63,723 nt of DNA, filler included, from 4 parts of 4 records of this genome joined end to end with filler, not necessarily neighbours in it; one strand, 5' to 3'. Positions 11,759-25,800 are shown, counted from the first letter of the whole stretch. Numbers and translations: made by a program. Notes: generated by a model not told the origin, from the letters alone.

Positions 11759-12976
11759 ATGGTAGGCCTTAACCCTCGGTATTGTGAAAGGTTGAAAATG
11801 GCTTGGTGCATGCCCAATCTCTGCAGTGACTGGCTAGCTGTCTTGTCTCCTCGCCGAAGGCGTAGTTTCCAATACAATAATTTCATGCTTGATGACGACG
11901 ACCGGGCCTTTTCTGACAATGAGGATGCTGATTTGCTTACAGAGGACCAAATTCGGAATCTTACGGCAAGACAAGTGAGGGCCCGACACACTGGACTTTC
12001 GAAATTTGTTAACGACTTTGCGCAGGACCGGTTCGGATCAATGACGAAGCGGAATAAGGGGTTGAATGTTCATTTTGCAGGTGAAAGGGGAAACCTCGAT
12101 CGAGACTCGGACTCCGACGACGACAGGTCAGGTGGTTCAGACATTCTTTGTTTCCCCACCCTCACCTGGCCTTGCAGTAGTCGAAGTTCTGGTGGGAAGC
12201 ATCCGCAACCTTCTGCACTCGGGAATAGTCCGCGTGCTACGAATAGCAGCAATGCCTTGGACAACTCTTCTTATGAAGATTCACCTGAGCTGTTGGCAGT
12301 GGCGCGGGATATAGGTCAATCTGGGAAGATGGACCAAAGAGATGGAAAAGAGCGCTCTCCTATTATCAAAGGCATGGGATCAGTTGAGGCAAGTTATGAT
12401 ACTGGGGATCCCACTTCACCCCCAGTTCGCGGAGGGGATGGGAGTGTGCTCCTTGCTAATGCTCTCGACGCCGCTCTTGTTTCGGCATCGGGGGGCCAAG
12501 CGGAAAGCGCTCGTGTGGATGAAGGGGCGGCTCTTCACCTGTCAGACTCAGATTTACAGGACACTCCGAGGACGTTTGACCTTGAGAATGAGACGAGCGC
12601 CATGAAGGGTATCAGTGATGTGAACGATCATGAGGGAGAGGAGGGGGAGGAAGAAGAGCCCTACTACAGCTCAGGTAAGGCTTTGCCTTCATTGCCAGTA
12701 TTGCATGGTTTGTGACTTGGTACAGGTGAAGCGGACTCGGGTGATGAGGATGAAGATATTCCTGCATCATTGAAGGTGCTAGGTGACAGTCTAGTCGGTG
12801 GGGGCGCCAATGACAACGGACCCGAGCCTGGGAATGGAAGTGCCAATGGGGAATGGAATGATGTCGAGGTGTACAGTGGAATGAACCTTCAGAATGTGGC
12901 CAACAGTCTGGTTCCTGATACTGTGACTTCTGATACCAACGGCGAGGCAAACGGGGCCACCAGTCCGTTGATTTGA
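11759..12976 (+). CDS. Hypothetical acidic low-complexity protein, multi-exon (boundaries approximate)
   Basis: ORFs 11759-12715 and 12770-12976 join through intron gtaagg...gtacag (~12675-12725). D/E/S-rich. A GC island lies upstream at 11320-11650. Confidence 0.5.
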
Positions 12977-13329
12977 TTTAGGCATCAGCATGAAAATTAT
13001 GGAGTGAATGATGAGCTTGTCTGTCGGCCTACACTGACCCCCGTTCAGCGGCACTTGAGTTATGGATGCAATTCTATCAATGGCAATCGCTTTGCGCTAT
13101 GGAAGTCCTGAACTTCTGTTTATTGCTGAATGTGAGCGTAGTTGACACTGGCATCCGATTATTGTACAAGGTGCCACGGATGAGTGGCCGCGGGCTTCAA
13201 GAAGCTTGGTGCAGGGCCATCGTTACATGATAGCATGCACGGGACTCTCAGGCCTGGAATAAATAAATAAGATCCTCTCCGCGGATAACCGATTCTGACG
13301 GATAGGCGATGTTAACGCAATACTGGTCT

Positions 13330-15363
13330 CTAGGTAGAAATTTGCGCATTTTGCACGACAAAGTGAAGGAAAGCGCCACTTTCGTCCGGTTGAGTCCCAG
13401 CCTGCTTTTGGGGACTCGTATCGTGTTGAATTTTGCTTGGTGCGCTGCCCTCAGGCTCCGGCTGCAAGTGATCTCCGTTCAAGGCGTTGAAGCCACCGCG
13501 GCCAATAGAACACACGGGACTAACCATATCTCCACTGGGAGTGGCAGGAGCCACGCCATTGGAGACATTCGAAACAGTATTCGTAATGGAGACTCGTCTG
13601 CGCCTATCACTCTCCGACTTGTCAATACGGGGCATCTTAGTTGGCCGCGAGCCAGTTGGAGACAGAAGCACGTCATCTCCGCGTGTTGGAGATGAGAGGC
13701 CGACATCGGACTCGCATCGTGGCCGCCGTTGGCCAGGGCGAACTGGCGACTTAGAGATCTCAGCCGGCTTCGAAGGCAGGTCCTGCGGTACCACTGAAAT
13801 TGGTGTATCCACTATCTGTGGTGGGTACAGGCAAGGAACGCGGTGCATTGCTACAGGAGTTTCCAGCTGTGAAGTGTGCACAACCGGGGTAGAAGCCAGT
13901 GGGGAAGGTCCCGGGGTTTCAGGCATTCCATTCGCAACAGTTGCAGGAGTCGTCGGATAGCGATACGTCGGAAGATTGGACGGGGTGGATTGATAGTTAT
14001 GTTGCGCTTGCTGGTTAGCCATTGTACGGCTGGAAGGAGCCATTACATGCGGTTGATGCATCTGTTGATGCTGTTTCGGCACCTGGGAAGGCAGGAGGAA
14101 CAGTCCAGCGCTCTCATTTCCGACAGCTTGGGTTTCCTCCTTTCGTGCTGATCTTTGTTGAGGGTAGGCTGATGCCTGCGCAGAGCCTTGCGCCGAGGCG
14201 GAAACCAGTCCAGCAGTCCGCTGGATGTAGTGCACGGCACTGTGAAGCAGGTTCTGTTGCCACAGCGACAGTTTCGAGTTGGAGAACATAACCTGCAAGC
14301 CGTTGACAAGAGCGGCAGGATCGGATATCGGGGGCTCTTCTCCACAAGCAGCACCAGTTGCAGTGCTGGGGGCTCTGTTGTTTAGGTTCACGAATGCAGG
14401 GGGGAAGCCAGATCGCCCGCTCATTCCGCTTGCCAAGGATGGCTCTTCCCCGCCAGCACTGCTGGCGGCATCCGAAAACCTTCGCTGCTTCCCTTCCGGC
14501 CAGTGTTCCTTACATGCACGAAGCTTGCAACAGACAACGCACAGCTTGGGCGTTGACTGGCATTTACGGTTCATTGGGCGCTTCTTACACTCAGAGCACG
14601 GCTCACGCATGGGCTTTGGCTTCTGGGGATCCTTGCGTGTCTTGTCGCCAGCCACACGGAATATTTGCCCACCATCGACACGGACAGTTTCCACAACTCC
14701 CGTGTGTGTTTGGCGAAGAGCAAGGATGGCCACCAGTCGGAAAACAGAGAACGATCTTTTGCTGTCCAGTTTCTCGTTAGGTTTGTACTTGGGGATTCTT
14801 TCTCCATCAGGACGAATCTCATAGTCGGAGGGTGGATCGAAGCAAGACGAGATTTCCAAAAACTTGACGTCAATTGTAGCCGGTCTTTCGGTGCTCAGGC
14901 GGCATTCTTTTCCACTCGGATTCATCAATATGTTTCGTGCCGCTCCGTCACGATGGGTCTGTGTTTGGCAGTGGTGGGCAGACAAGGGTAGATCTTCCAG
15001 AGTCCAGCTCGGTGGGTTGGAGTCCACAAACTGTACGAGTTGAGGCCGTAGCTCAAATCCCCGAAAATCTACCTCGTCCACTCCAGAGGGTAGGCGTGGG
15101 AGACTCAAAGAGACCTGAACAGGCTTCTTAAGGACCACCGACTGTACAGACAGATAAGAAACCTTCGCACACAAATAGTGTTCCTTCCACGGAGTTTCGT
15201 TTCCATCTACGCAGTTATCTGATATGTTGACGGCAAGTTCGATAGACGGCTCCTCAGCGTTTAGATGATGTTGGCCTTGTAAGAGGTCAGTACTTGCGCT
15301 TGGCTCCCTTGAACTAGGGTGGCTTGATACATTTTCTTGCTTTTCAGGTTCCACGCCCGACAT
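13330..15363 (-). CDS. Hypothetical protein with Cys-rich zinc-finger-like motif and disordered S/P/Q-rich C-terminus
   Basis: 677-aa ORF from ATG 15363, with an in-frame stop just upstream. Motif CSECKKRPMNRKCQSTPKLCVVCCKLRACKEH. Confidence 0.7.
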   Translation of the reverse strand: MSGVEPEKQENVSSHPSSREPSASTDLLQGQHHLNAEEPSIELAVNISDNCVDGNETPWKEHYLCAKVSYLSVQSVVLKKPVQVSLSLPRLPSGVDEVDFRGFELRPQLVQFVDSNPPSWTLEDLPLSAHHCQTQTHRDGAARNILMNPSGKECRLSTERPATIDVKFLEISSCFDPPSDYEIRPDGERIPKYKPNEKLDSKRSFSVFRLVAILALRQTHTGVVETVRVDGGQIFRVAGDKTRKDPQKPKPMREPCSECKKRPMNRKCQSTPKLCVVCCKLRACKEHWPEGKQRRFSDAASSAGGEEPSLASGMSGRSGFPPAFVNLNNRAPSTATGAACGEEPPISDPAALVNGLQVMFSNSKLSLWQQNLLHSAVHYIQRTAGLVSASAQGSAQASAYPQQRSARKEETQAVGNESAGLFLLPSQVPKQHQQMHQPHVMAPSSRTMANQQAQHNYQSTPSNLPTYRYPTTPATVANGMPETPGPSPLASTPVVHTSQLETPVAMHRVPCLYPPQIVDTPISVVPQDLPSKPAEISKSPVRPGQRRPRCESDVGLSSPTRGDDVLLSPTGSRPTKMPRIDKSESDRRRRVSITNTVSNVSNGVAPATPSGDMVSPVCSIGRGGFNALNGDHLQPEPEGSAPSKIQHDTSPQKQAGTQPDESGAFLHFVVQNAQIST

Positions 15364-16561
15364 CACAAGTGTCAACAGGATTTCTTAGCTGGTAGCGACA
15401 ACTCTATATGGCGTTTGAGCCCAATAGGCAGGTAGCCGGTGGCGGGCCTGAACACCGTTAATGCACACAAGGGATGAGACTCCTTGCGTGGACGACAGGC
15501 AACAGCCACTCAGAGAGAGTTACGTAGTTGCGCGCTCGCTAAGGCTAGCTAGCTAGCTAGGGAGGAGGGCGGGCAGGCCACGCCACCATGCGGTTTCGGG
15601 GAGGATGTTAGGCTCGATGGTGTGAAGCACACTTTTGGGGGCAGTTTGGAGTGCACTCCTGAGGGCTTGCAGGAAAGTGCCGTTGGCACCGAAATTATCT
15701 CGGGAGGCAAGCGAGAAGAAGCAGCACCGGTCGCAAAGCTAGCTCAGCAGGGCTGTCGTCCCCGGCCGGCGCGCTCGCTCGCCCTGGCTCCGACGTTCAC
15801 TCATGCCGAGAATGAGGGTTTGGGGGGGAAAACTGGTGGAGACGGCGTCGTCCACCTTGTGGAACGATGGAGGAAAACACAGGAAAGCGCTGGGAAAAAT
15901 TGCGCCAAGTTCAAATCCACCGAGTGACCGTTTCTTCGGGGAGGCCTTCTCGACGAATGCTCCTTTTCGAACAATAACGATAATGCAAGGTTTATTAGTG
16001 ACATTTTCTATGACAATGGTAATTAGTGTGATTATAACTCGAAACACAAATACATCGGGCGGGGCTTGGCTGTGAACGGTAACTTGGTGGGCCGCTGATC
16101 AACCTTGCAACTTTTCCCGCCTTGGCAGCGGCAGTCGGGAGACTTGAGCGACACGGAACGTGCCACTTGTTCCTGGAGTGCAACCATGGAGTGCCCTAAT
16201 AGATCAACCGTTCGTATTCGACCAGAATTGAGAAATGGTAAAAGGTGGCACCCTGTGGCTAGACGGCCGCCCGGCGCTCGGGCACCGCGGATGCCGGACG
16301 ACCGCCGGTCATGATCAGTCCCGCGGCGGGCCCGGCCCCGGGCTGCTCGCCAGAGGCATTTGTCTCACTCGTCATTTGGGGTGCCATCGGGATCGAGATA
16401 CTGACTCGTAACTGGATGAGTGATATCTGCATAGAGGACTGGGGAGGGTCGGGCACCGCCAGCCAATGTCGCTTTTGGGGCGGCCAGGTCTATTCTGTTT
16501 GGCAGTACTTATAGTTATGTAGAGGTATTGGTTGGCTCTTCTGTATATCCAAGATCAAAAC

Positions 16562-18300
16562 ATGGCTTCTGCAGGTGGGATGAAGTCAAAACCTGACTTC
16601 AGAAAGGCAAAGGAGTTGGAGGAAGCCCGGAAAGCAGGAACTGTATGTCGTGTCAAGTTGTGTCTGCTATTTTTCTTACATATCTGTTAGGCCCCAGCAG
16701 AGAAGGATGAGGAAGGAAATGATATTAATCCCCACATCCCCCAATACATTTCTCAGGCTCCCTGGTATCTTAACCAAACACATGCTGGTCTCAAGCATCA
16801 AAGGGGAAAGGCACAGGAGAAGAGCGATGTCAACATGTGGTACAAGAAAGGCAAGGACACGATTGCAGTAAGTTGTTTTAGGGCTTCATGGCTTGCCGTG
16901 TTGATATACTTATGATAAATCAGGGTCCTGCTGCCACAAAGTTCAGGAAAGGGGCCTGCCAGAATTGTGGGGCGATGACTCATAAGGCCAAGGATTGCCT
17001 TGAGCGACCCAGAAAAGTTGGCGCAAAGTTCACTGGGAAGGATATTCGTCCTGATGAAGTGGTACAAGGAGATCTCGGGTTGGACTATGACGGAAAACGT
17101 GATAACTGGGCCAACTATGATACCACCCTCCATGCCGCTGTGGTTGACCAGTTCCAGAAAACAGAAGAGGCCCGCAAGGATATGAAGCGCCAGGAAATGG
17201 ACAAAAAGAAAGCAAATGTGGACGAAGAGGCAGATTTCATTGAGAAAGATGATGACACTGCTCAGATGCAAAAGCTGGACACCGGGTCTCGCACTTCGGT
17301 GCGTAACCTGCGTATCCGAGAGGACACGGCAAAATATTTGAGGAATTTGGATGTGAACTCGGCATACTATGATCCAAAGACGAGATCCATGCGTGATAAT
17401 CCCACTCCAAACAAGAATCCTGATGAGCAGGTTCGGACTAGGTTTTTTCTTTGAGCTATATATTTACATTTTGTGCAGCTATATGCGGGTGACAATTTTT
17501 ATCGCTACACTGGAGAAGCTGCGGAGATTCAGCAGCAGCAAATGTTTGCATGGGATGCTGCTGATAAAGGCACGGATGTGCACATGCAGGCAATTCCTTC
17601 TCAGGCGGAGAAGGCTTTCTCTGAGTTCAAGAAGAAGAAGGACTTGCTCAAGGGAAAGCACAAGTCGGAAGTTTTGGAGAAATATGGTGGAGAGCAGCAC
17701 ATGGAAGCCCCACCACCAGAGCTCCTGCTTGGTCAGACAGAAGCATACACAGAATATGACAGGACAGGCCGTGTTGTTAAGGGTCAGGAAAAGGCTGCCG
17801 TCAGGTCCAAGTACACGGAAGACCAGCTGGACAACAATCACACCCACATTTGGGGTTCTTATTGGTCTAACGGAAGATGGGGTTACGCCTGCTGTAGCAG
17901 TACCACCCGTAATTCGTATTGTACCGGCTCTGCAGGCAAGCAGGCTGCGGAGGCTGCACAGCAACTGATGATGCGTAATACGGAGCGGGCGGCAGAGCGT
18001 CAGTCGTTGAAGGAGCAGTATGAGAAGTACAGCGAGGAGCAGAAGGCGAAGGATGAGGAGAAGAAGGAGCTGGAAAAGAGGGCGAAGTTTAAGGCCGCTC
18101 TTGAGAGGGAAGAAAAGATGGCCAAGGCTGATGTAGAAACTGACGAGCGGAAGCGCAAGTACAATTCGTTTGCTTCAGACAATGTTGATGTCACTGAAGA
18201 AGACATGGAAGCTTACAGATTGAAGCGTTTGGCGAGGGAGGATCCTATGGCCGATATGATCGCAAATGGGAAGAAGGACGAGAAATACGATTACGTGTGA
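16562..18300 (+). CDS. SLU7: Pre-mRNA splicing factor SLU7 (4 exons)
   Basis: [38 protein letters not shown], zinc knuckle [43 protein letters not shown] and WGSYW...WGYACC. Confidence 0.97.
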
Positions 18301-18467
18301 GCAATTGTGAATTTGAAACTGTGCCTGGCGTTTGGTTTGGAGCGACTTGTCGCTGTAGCGGAAGCACACTGCGGATTTCAGGATTTACATGCTCTCATCC
18401 TTTTCATCTTCCGAGCCGTACACCCCTGGCACTTAGTGATGTACAAGTAAAAGGAAGTTTATTCGGT

Positions 18468-18966
18468 CTAGAAAGCATCTTTGACAGATAGGCGGATGTT
18501 AAGAATATGCAACTTCTTGTCAAACTTTGCCTTCACGGGGGCATCACTGTCAATAGAGAAGGGGAAAGCAGCCTCAAGTGCATACTTTTCACACTCGAGG
18601 AACAACTTCTCATCGGTAACCTCAACATCAACGCCCTTGGCGCTGGTCACTTCAGGCATCTGAACAGCCACATGAAGAGATACACCGTCCTCAACCCGCA
18701 TGGTGTATTTGGGGGTGCGACTGTTAGAGGATGCATCTGCCTGCTGTGCCTCCTCACGCTCGCATTCCATAGTCAAGGCATCCAGCTTGGCCTGCTCTTT
18801 CACAAGGAGATCTTCAATCTTCTGTTGAGTTTTCTCAACTGTTGCCTTCACAGCAGCAGCCTTTTCTTGAGCGGATGCCATTTGGGCATCAGTGGATTTG
18901 TTCAACATCTCCCGTGCTTCGTCTGCAGCCTTCCTAGCCTCCTCGGCCTTCTTGGCCTCCTCGGCC
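18468..18966 (-). CDS. Partial protein with C-terminal CS/HSP20-like (PIH1 C-terminal-like) domain; 5' end lost in gap
   Basis: VAVQMPEVTSAKGVDVEVT...FPFSIDSDAPVKAKFDKKLHILNIRLSV, preceded by a coiled coil of EAKKAEEA-type repeats running into the Ns. Confidence 0.65.
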
Positions 18967-19066
18967 NNNNNNNNNNNNNNNNNNNNNNNNNNNNNNNNNN
19001 NNNNNNNNNNTTAATTAATTAANNNNNNNNNNNNNNNNNNNNNNNNNNNNNNNNNNNNNNNNNNNN
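18967..19066. other. Artificial contig spacer (N44-TTAATTAATTAA-N44)
   Basis: Exact 100-bp spacer with stops in all six frames, present three times in the window. Confidence 0.98.
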
Positions 19067-19812
19067 GGGGGGGGGGGGGGGGGGGGGGGCAGTAGTAAGA
19101 GCGGCGGCATATTCATATAATCGACATCGGACTCGCCATATACGATTCCAATGATGCTGACGGCAGCCTCAGATGCGGGTGGCTCGATTCAGTTTGGGGC
19201 GTGGCCGAGCCGGAGCAACCACAGTTCGGTTGGCCGGGGGTGGGGGGATCACGAACAACTGCAAGCGGGCCCCGGCGGGTCACGCTCAGGTGGCCCGGGG
19301 CCGCCGGCTCGGCGCGCCCGCCGCCCCGGCCCGACCGCGCCTGCTGAGCTGCCACAGTGTATGGTGGGGGCATCATCCATGACTCAATCCCTGTCATGAG
19401 TGTGGGCCAGCGGCACCGGCGGTGCCCGGCCGCCGGGCGGCTCGGCCACCGTACCGTAGGCCCCGGGCGCCGGCCCCCGCGCCGGATGAATCACATCGGC
19501 CCCGCCGGGCCGCGCCGCTTCACCAACTGGGCCACCACTGACCGGACACGCCAGACGGGCGGCGGCCGCCGGATCCATCAACCCAAGCCTGGCGTTGGCA
19601 AGGCGCCCAAACGGCCGTGGACACGGCACCTGGCAGCCCGGAGTCTCGGTCGCCGGAAGCAGCAGCTCGCCCCTGACATATCCCCTACCCTGCGTCAACT
19701 TTCACAACTCTGCTCTCGGCCACGGCGATACAGCCACATCTTGCTTGTGTCTTCACGTTGAAACAATATCTATTTTCTAGAAGAATAGGTAGGAAGGACT
19801 GGAACTTGGGCC

Positions 19813-22800
19813 ATGCGCTGGCTATTTTTGTTTCTGCTGCTATGTATACTAGCAACAGGTTCGGAATGTCAAAGGGGAATCGTTGTACCGGCAGAAATCA
19901 ACCTGTTAGAACGAGAACACTCTGTAGAGCGCCTTGTGTCGGCAAGTGATATCCTGGGGGAGAGGTGCGTGTAGTAGAGTTTTGTCTCCTTGTTCTGCGA
20001 GCCGACGCTCTCCGCTTAGGTTGGCAGTGGTATTAGGATGGAAATGTGCCAATGTGACGACTGGTTCCACCCGCCACTCAAGTGTTTTGGACTCGATTGC
20101 TCGCCTCCAGTCTCGAGGTGCTAAGGTTCTTGGCCGCGTACTGACAAGACAGAGCCACTCCATGACCAACTTTTTGGAGAGTGTTGATGGATGGTATTCC
20201 AGATATTCATTGAATGGCCTGTATTTGGATGCAGGGATACAAGAATCCAACACAAGAGTGACATCATACTCGGTGTGATAGTGTTTTCCGGAAAGTGACT
20301 GTGTACTCATTCATTTATACGCAGGAGTTGGTTGGGGAGCTTGAGAGCTCATTGGAGGTGAGAGCAGCCCGTCCTATGATATTCATAAGGGATGCCAACG
20401 TAAGGGAAGCCGAGGTTGCTGGTCTGGATGCTGTTCTTGTGAGAGTTGGTCATGGTGACGACTTGGTTGGACGAGGGCAGATTCAGACGCTGCCATATAA
20501 CTCTACCGCCGTGATAGGTTTGGGTATCATGCAGTGGACACTGTTCGTGGAGGATACGATTGATTCTGGGTGGATTTATTCCAATCCTATCGATGACGAA
20601 TACGTTTGGACGATGCTGCCGTACTACTTTGAGGAATTCGTGAGTGCAGTCGCGACAGGTGCGGTTCCTAGTGATAAACCTAAAGGAGGGTTCGAAGTGC
20701 ATTCGATATTTCCATCGTCAGGCAGCTTGGGTGGTGGCACGATGGTGACCCTCCGGGGATTGGGCCTCAGTGGAATAACAGAGATTCGGATGGGCTCCGG
20801 CCGTTGCGCTTTGCATCATGAGTACAAGACCGACACACTGGTGGTGTGTGCATCAAGCGGTGTTGGACCATTAGAAAGTAGGATGCCAACATCTTGGAAC
20901 AGTTTTCGGGTACCACTGAGAGCATTCAGTGGTGTGAATATCGCGAAATGCTTTGGTGGTGGATGCTTCTTTACGTATTGTAATGAAAGGTCCCCATTTC
21001 TTGCTTCGGTGTCGCCACGACTTCACGAGGTTGGTGATAGCAACGCTATCGTCACCGTTGCTGGTCGACATCTCTCTTCATTTAGAACGTCCAATGTAGA
21101 CCTTAAGCTCGGGACTTCGGGTTCTTGCAAAGTGTGGTTTGTAACGCCAGATGGCGCTCTGAGTTGTAATCCTAGAGTGAGGAGTGGATTCCACGAATTG
21201 GTTGCCAGTAACAAGGACGGAGGCAGCGCACTGAAAGCCTTTTCAGGATTGTATTCGCCTAGTGGGTCGCTTTATGACGTTGCTGTAGCTCCTGTCATCA
21301 GTGCTATTTCTCCAAGGGCTGGGTTTGGAAATGGATGGGTGGATATCACGGTTTCTGGAAGATTCGATGTTGATGCAACGGGATACACTGTGAATGTGGG
21401 TGCTGCGAAGTGCTCGATAAGGCACCAAACCAATACTGAAATAGTGTGCGGGATTCAACCGGGAGTTTTCTACCCAGTACATGGCCTTTACATGGGAGGT
21501 TATGGATTGCGCGATGCATTGTATGACATCGAGTCACCTTCACTCGTCAGCCTGTCTTCGCATAACCAGTCTGCTGTACGCGAGGAGATGATTCGAGATC
21601 TCGATGTCTCATTCAGTAGCAATACTACAGGGGGGGTCGCTGAAGGATATTTTTTACCCCCGAAATCTGGGCAATACCAGTTCTACGTATCTTTGGTCGA
21701 TGGAGAAGCTTCTCTGGGGTTATCGAGCGACGATGACCCTGAGAATACGGTGACGTTGGTTACTGCAGACCGAATTTCAGCATCCCCAGAAGGAGGCCAT
21801 GACTTTTTCTCAAAGCCTTTTCAACATATCTCGGACCCAGTCTATCTTTCCGGTGGTGAGCGTTACTACATGAAGGTTAGCCATGCTACAAACGGCTTTT
21901 CAATAGCCGCTGGGTTGCTCTCTACTCAGAGCTTATCGGGCTTTGCAAACGCTGTAAATGAGGTGCAAAGGTATCGGATTTCTTCCAATGCACAAAATGA
22001 AGTCCAAAGGATCAGCTTTGCAGATGGCTTTACGGACCCCTTTACTCTTGCCTATGGCGGAGAGGTATCTGCCCTGATTGACCCTGCCAGTATTGATGAA
22101 TCCCAACTGAAGACTGCGATTATAGATATTCTTGGGCACCAATGCTATGCTAGTTACGATGGTATTTACATGGGGTTTTCTTTTGAGGGTTTAGATTGGA
22201 AAAATTGGAGCTCGGGGGAAGATGGCGATGACTGGCGATTCAGCATTGAAGATCCATACTGTGGCCGACGGAGCAGTCTTGTGCTTGATGGTGCCGCATC
22301 CATCTTTGACGAGAAAAGTGACGGCGCAGGAGGGTATAGCTTGACTGAATATCCAGTCATGTGCATGGCGTATCGCGTACCCTCAACGAGTATTGTAGCA
22401 ATGAAAGTGGAAGTATCAGGACTCGGCTGGGTGTCGCTGCGTATGACTGGAACCCCTGAATGCAACACCACAATGTATTCGGCACCTGAAGCGGGATCTT
22501 GGGCAAAACCTCCCAGACATTCTACCACTTTTTCGAAAGGTTTCAACGCGGACAATCAGTGGCATTATCAGTGCATTGATTTGCATGCCCAATTTTTGGA
22601 ATCCCTTCCAAAAAGTGTGGTATCTAGTGACATCTACATATCTAGGATTGAACTTGGGGCCCCTTTTCATGAATCTTTGTGCGAGTATGGAGGGCATATA
22701 TGGGTAGACGAATTCTTCATCTTGAAAGATGAACGGCCCATTGAAAGGGTACCCCATGCTTCAGGAACGGCGGCTTCAGTGGGTGAATTGGAGGTATCTC

Positions 22801-25800
22801 ACACTCTTACTAGTGGGACCCATTCATATGACATCTTCATGGAAACGTGCAAATCTGGCCTTGCATCCCTCTTGTCTGTTTCTTCAGGATCAGTCGTGAT
22901 TACTCGGCATGTCGTTCCAATTGTTGGCCTGGGAGGGTCTTTTGAACTTTTGATAGGTGGATTCAGCACGGGCACAATTCCCGTCGGCGCTTCACCAAAG
23001 CAATTGAAACATGCTCTTCCTCGGGGGGTTGAAAGAGTCCGGGTTATAGAGAATACTTGCTCAACTTATGAGTTTGAGATTGAATTTTCGGGGCATGAGG
23101 ATCATCCTTTATCTTCTCTTCTTACCAGTGGAGTTACATCTGGAAGTGCTGTGAGTGCGAGTGTCAAGACCGTAGCAAACGGTGGACTCTTCTGGGGACC
23201 TATTCCTGCGATGTTTTTGCGAAGTGCTCACCAGAATGCCCAGGTAGTTGTGACTGGCCATGATGGGGTGTTATCTTTGGTGACATCGGCATCGAGTGCT
23301 GGATTCAGCGAAGTGTCTATAGATGCCCGTATTCTTGACCAAGTTGATAAGGCTGTTGCAAAGATGGGAGAATCGATAACGATTGGAATGTTGAATTATC
23401 CATATGGCCTGGCAGAAACCCGGGTTTTGGTTGGTAAGGTGGCATGTGAAGTTACGGCAGTCACATCTTCATCGGTTTCATGTACAATTGGCGCATCTAG
23501 TTGTGGTGAGAATCTCATCAGGGTGTTTTCATTGTCAGTTGGAGAGATAGCTTTGAATAGAACAAACACACCACCAACAGTATGGATAGAGCTCGATGTA
23601 AATTCGATAGATAGTGATAGTGGTGACATGACTGGAGGAACCGAAGGTGGGAATGCACTCACTCTTTCTGGTTCAGGCTTTGGAATATTGCAAGAAAACC
23701 TTGTGATGATTGGGGGCAGTTATGACCTTGCGTCAAGCTCTTGGAGCAATTCGTGTGAATGCACTGTAACATACGTGAATTCTACAAGAATCATGTGTGT
23801 GACGACAAAGTGTTCTACGTTGCCTGAAGTGAACCAAACCGTGACTGTTCAAGTTTTTAACAATACTGGGGCCTTGCTTGATTCAAGATTGGCCCCCCTG
23901 GGATATAAGTATGCTACTTCTCGCACTCCATTCATAATGGGGCACTTTCCGCTGGAGGGGTCTGCTGCGGGAGGGTGGTCACTGAAGCTTAATGGCACTA
24001 AGCTTGATAATGCACTGAATGTGCAAATTGGAGAGCGAGAGTGCCATATAGACTTCAACAACGCTACCCACATAACATGCAGGATGCCTCCAGTCCCCCC
24101 TGGAAATCATACAGTGTTGGTCACGACACTGAAAGGAGGCGTGGCGGGGTCAGTGTCACCGGTTGTTGTACAGACTGTTCTGGCCATTCACGGGGTATCG
24201 CAATCCACCGGATCGCTGATGGGAGGGAACCTTTTGAGAATATTTGGATCAGGATTTGTAGAAAGCTCGCAAAATTTTGATGTGATGATAGGAAATACTA
24301 CATGTAGTGTTGAACGCAGCAACTCCAGCTTCATTGAATGCCTCACCTCGTCAATGCGATCATCACATAATATGAGCATAGTCGCAGGGTTGGAGTGGAA
24401 AGAGAAGAGCATCCGAGCAGAGGTTGGCGACGTAATTTCATTCGAAGGTGATATTCATTCCATCGTACGGATTTTACGACCTGGCGCAATTCATCCTAAG
24501 ATGTTTACCGTGGGTCACGGTGCAATTGTTTCAATGGACATGGAAGGTGATTGGATTGTTGTTTTGGATAGCAATCCATCAGGGGGTGGTATTGGAACTA
24601 TCTCGGTGCACAGTGCTACCGGAAACGTAAAACCTCAGCGAATTCAAGTTACAATTGAGGGAATTGAAGCCACTCATGATGTGCACGGGACCCAAGAATT
24701 TTCAGGCTGCTCAGATGTTACAGACTTGACGCCCACAGTTTTGTATTACCATCATGCCATATGTGTGACCCCAAAGATCACTGAAGTCACCCCTTCATCT
24801 GGGGAGAGAAGCAGTCTGCTCACGATTAGAGGGCATGACTTTATTGGTTTTGGGAACATCAACGTAACGCTTATTTCTCAAGTAGAGGCGGATGACGATG
24901 ACATTCGGTGTACTGTTGTCTCTCATGAAGGCACTCTAATCGTTTGCATAGTTGAAGATGATCCGAGACCTGTGTCTTATTCAGTGCAGGTTCTCATACA
25001 AGAATTGGGGACTGCCTTAGACTATAGTAGTGGCTCGTTTGAAGGAAAACCCCACATTCGAACTATTGATTCTACTGTTCATGAGGTGTCCGGAGCCCCC
25101 CTCATTTCCATTGCGGGATCTGGCTTGTCATTGAGCAAAGATTACTTTGTTGGAGACACGCCTTGTGTTCCATTTGAGAGGAATGACACATTTGTACTGT
25201 GTTCACCCGCAAAGGAGGGAGGCAGTGGATACAATTCATTTATGCGAGCAAGTGGACCTGCTGGGTACTGGAGGTTGAGCGGTTGGAATGTTCCTATTGC
25301 TCCATTTGGCGACGCAGTTGATAGTCTTTTCGGAATAGAGCTCTGTCCCTCTAGTACCGAGGTTTTAGGTAGCGAATTTTTCACCGTTCAGACTACTTTG
25401 CTTGTTGATGAAATTCCACAAGAGCCTCAAATTGTATGGTCGTGGCTGCCTCCCCTTGCAGACTCGAGCCCTGGCGCTTGCGATGAAGCCAGAGGAATAT
25501 TCCTGAAGGTTACTCCCTGTGGGAGATGGGAACTGTGGGTTGCCATTGAGGACAATAGCGGTCTGGCCCCGTGTGATGTTGCCTTCGAAACTGATGAGTG
25601 TTCTACTTGTGTCGGAACGAGATCTTCTGGTGGTCAAGAGGGTGTTCCCTGTGGAAATTGGCTCTTATTGAGCTCAGATGCAGGCGCTGGGTCAAGTGCA
25701 CCCGTTCAAATTGCAATAACGTTGAAGCGAAATTCTGGGACAGATGAAGTTCGTTTGCTGGTGAATGGGGTTTTGAAGGCTTTCTCGACTACCGGTACAA

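Noticed and set aside
18967-19066. TTAATTAATTAA palindrome repeated three times in the window (possible att site or TTAA target)
   Set aside because: It is always centred in exactly 44+44 Ns, so it is a synthetic six-frame-stop concatenation linker.
19067-19089. Poly-G run (and GGTT repeats at 57256-57270) as telomere or G-quadruplex signal
   Set aside because: These are short low-complexity tracts at contig starts, most likely the cause or an artefact of assembly breaks.
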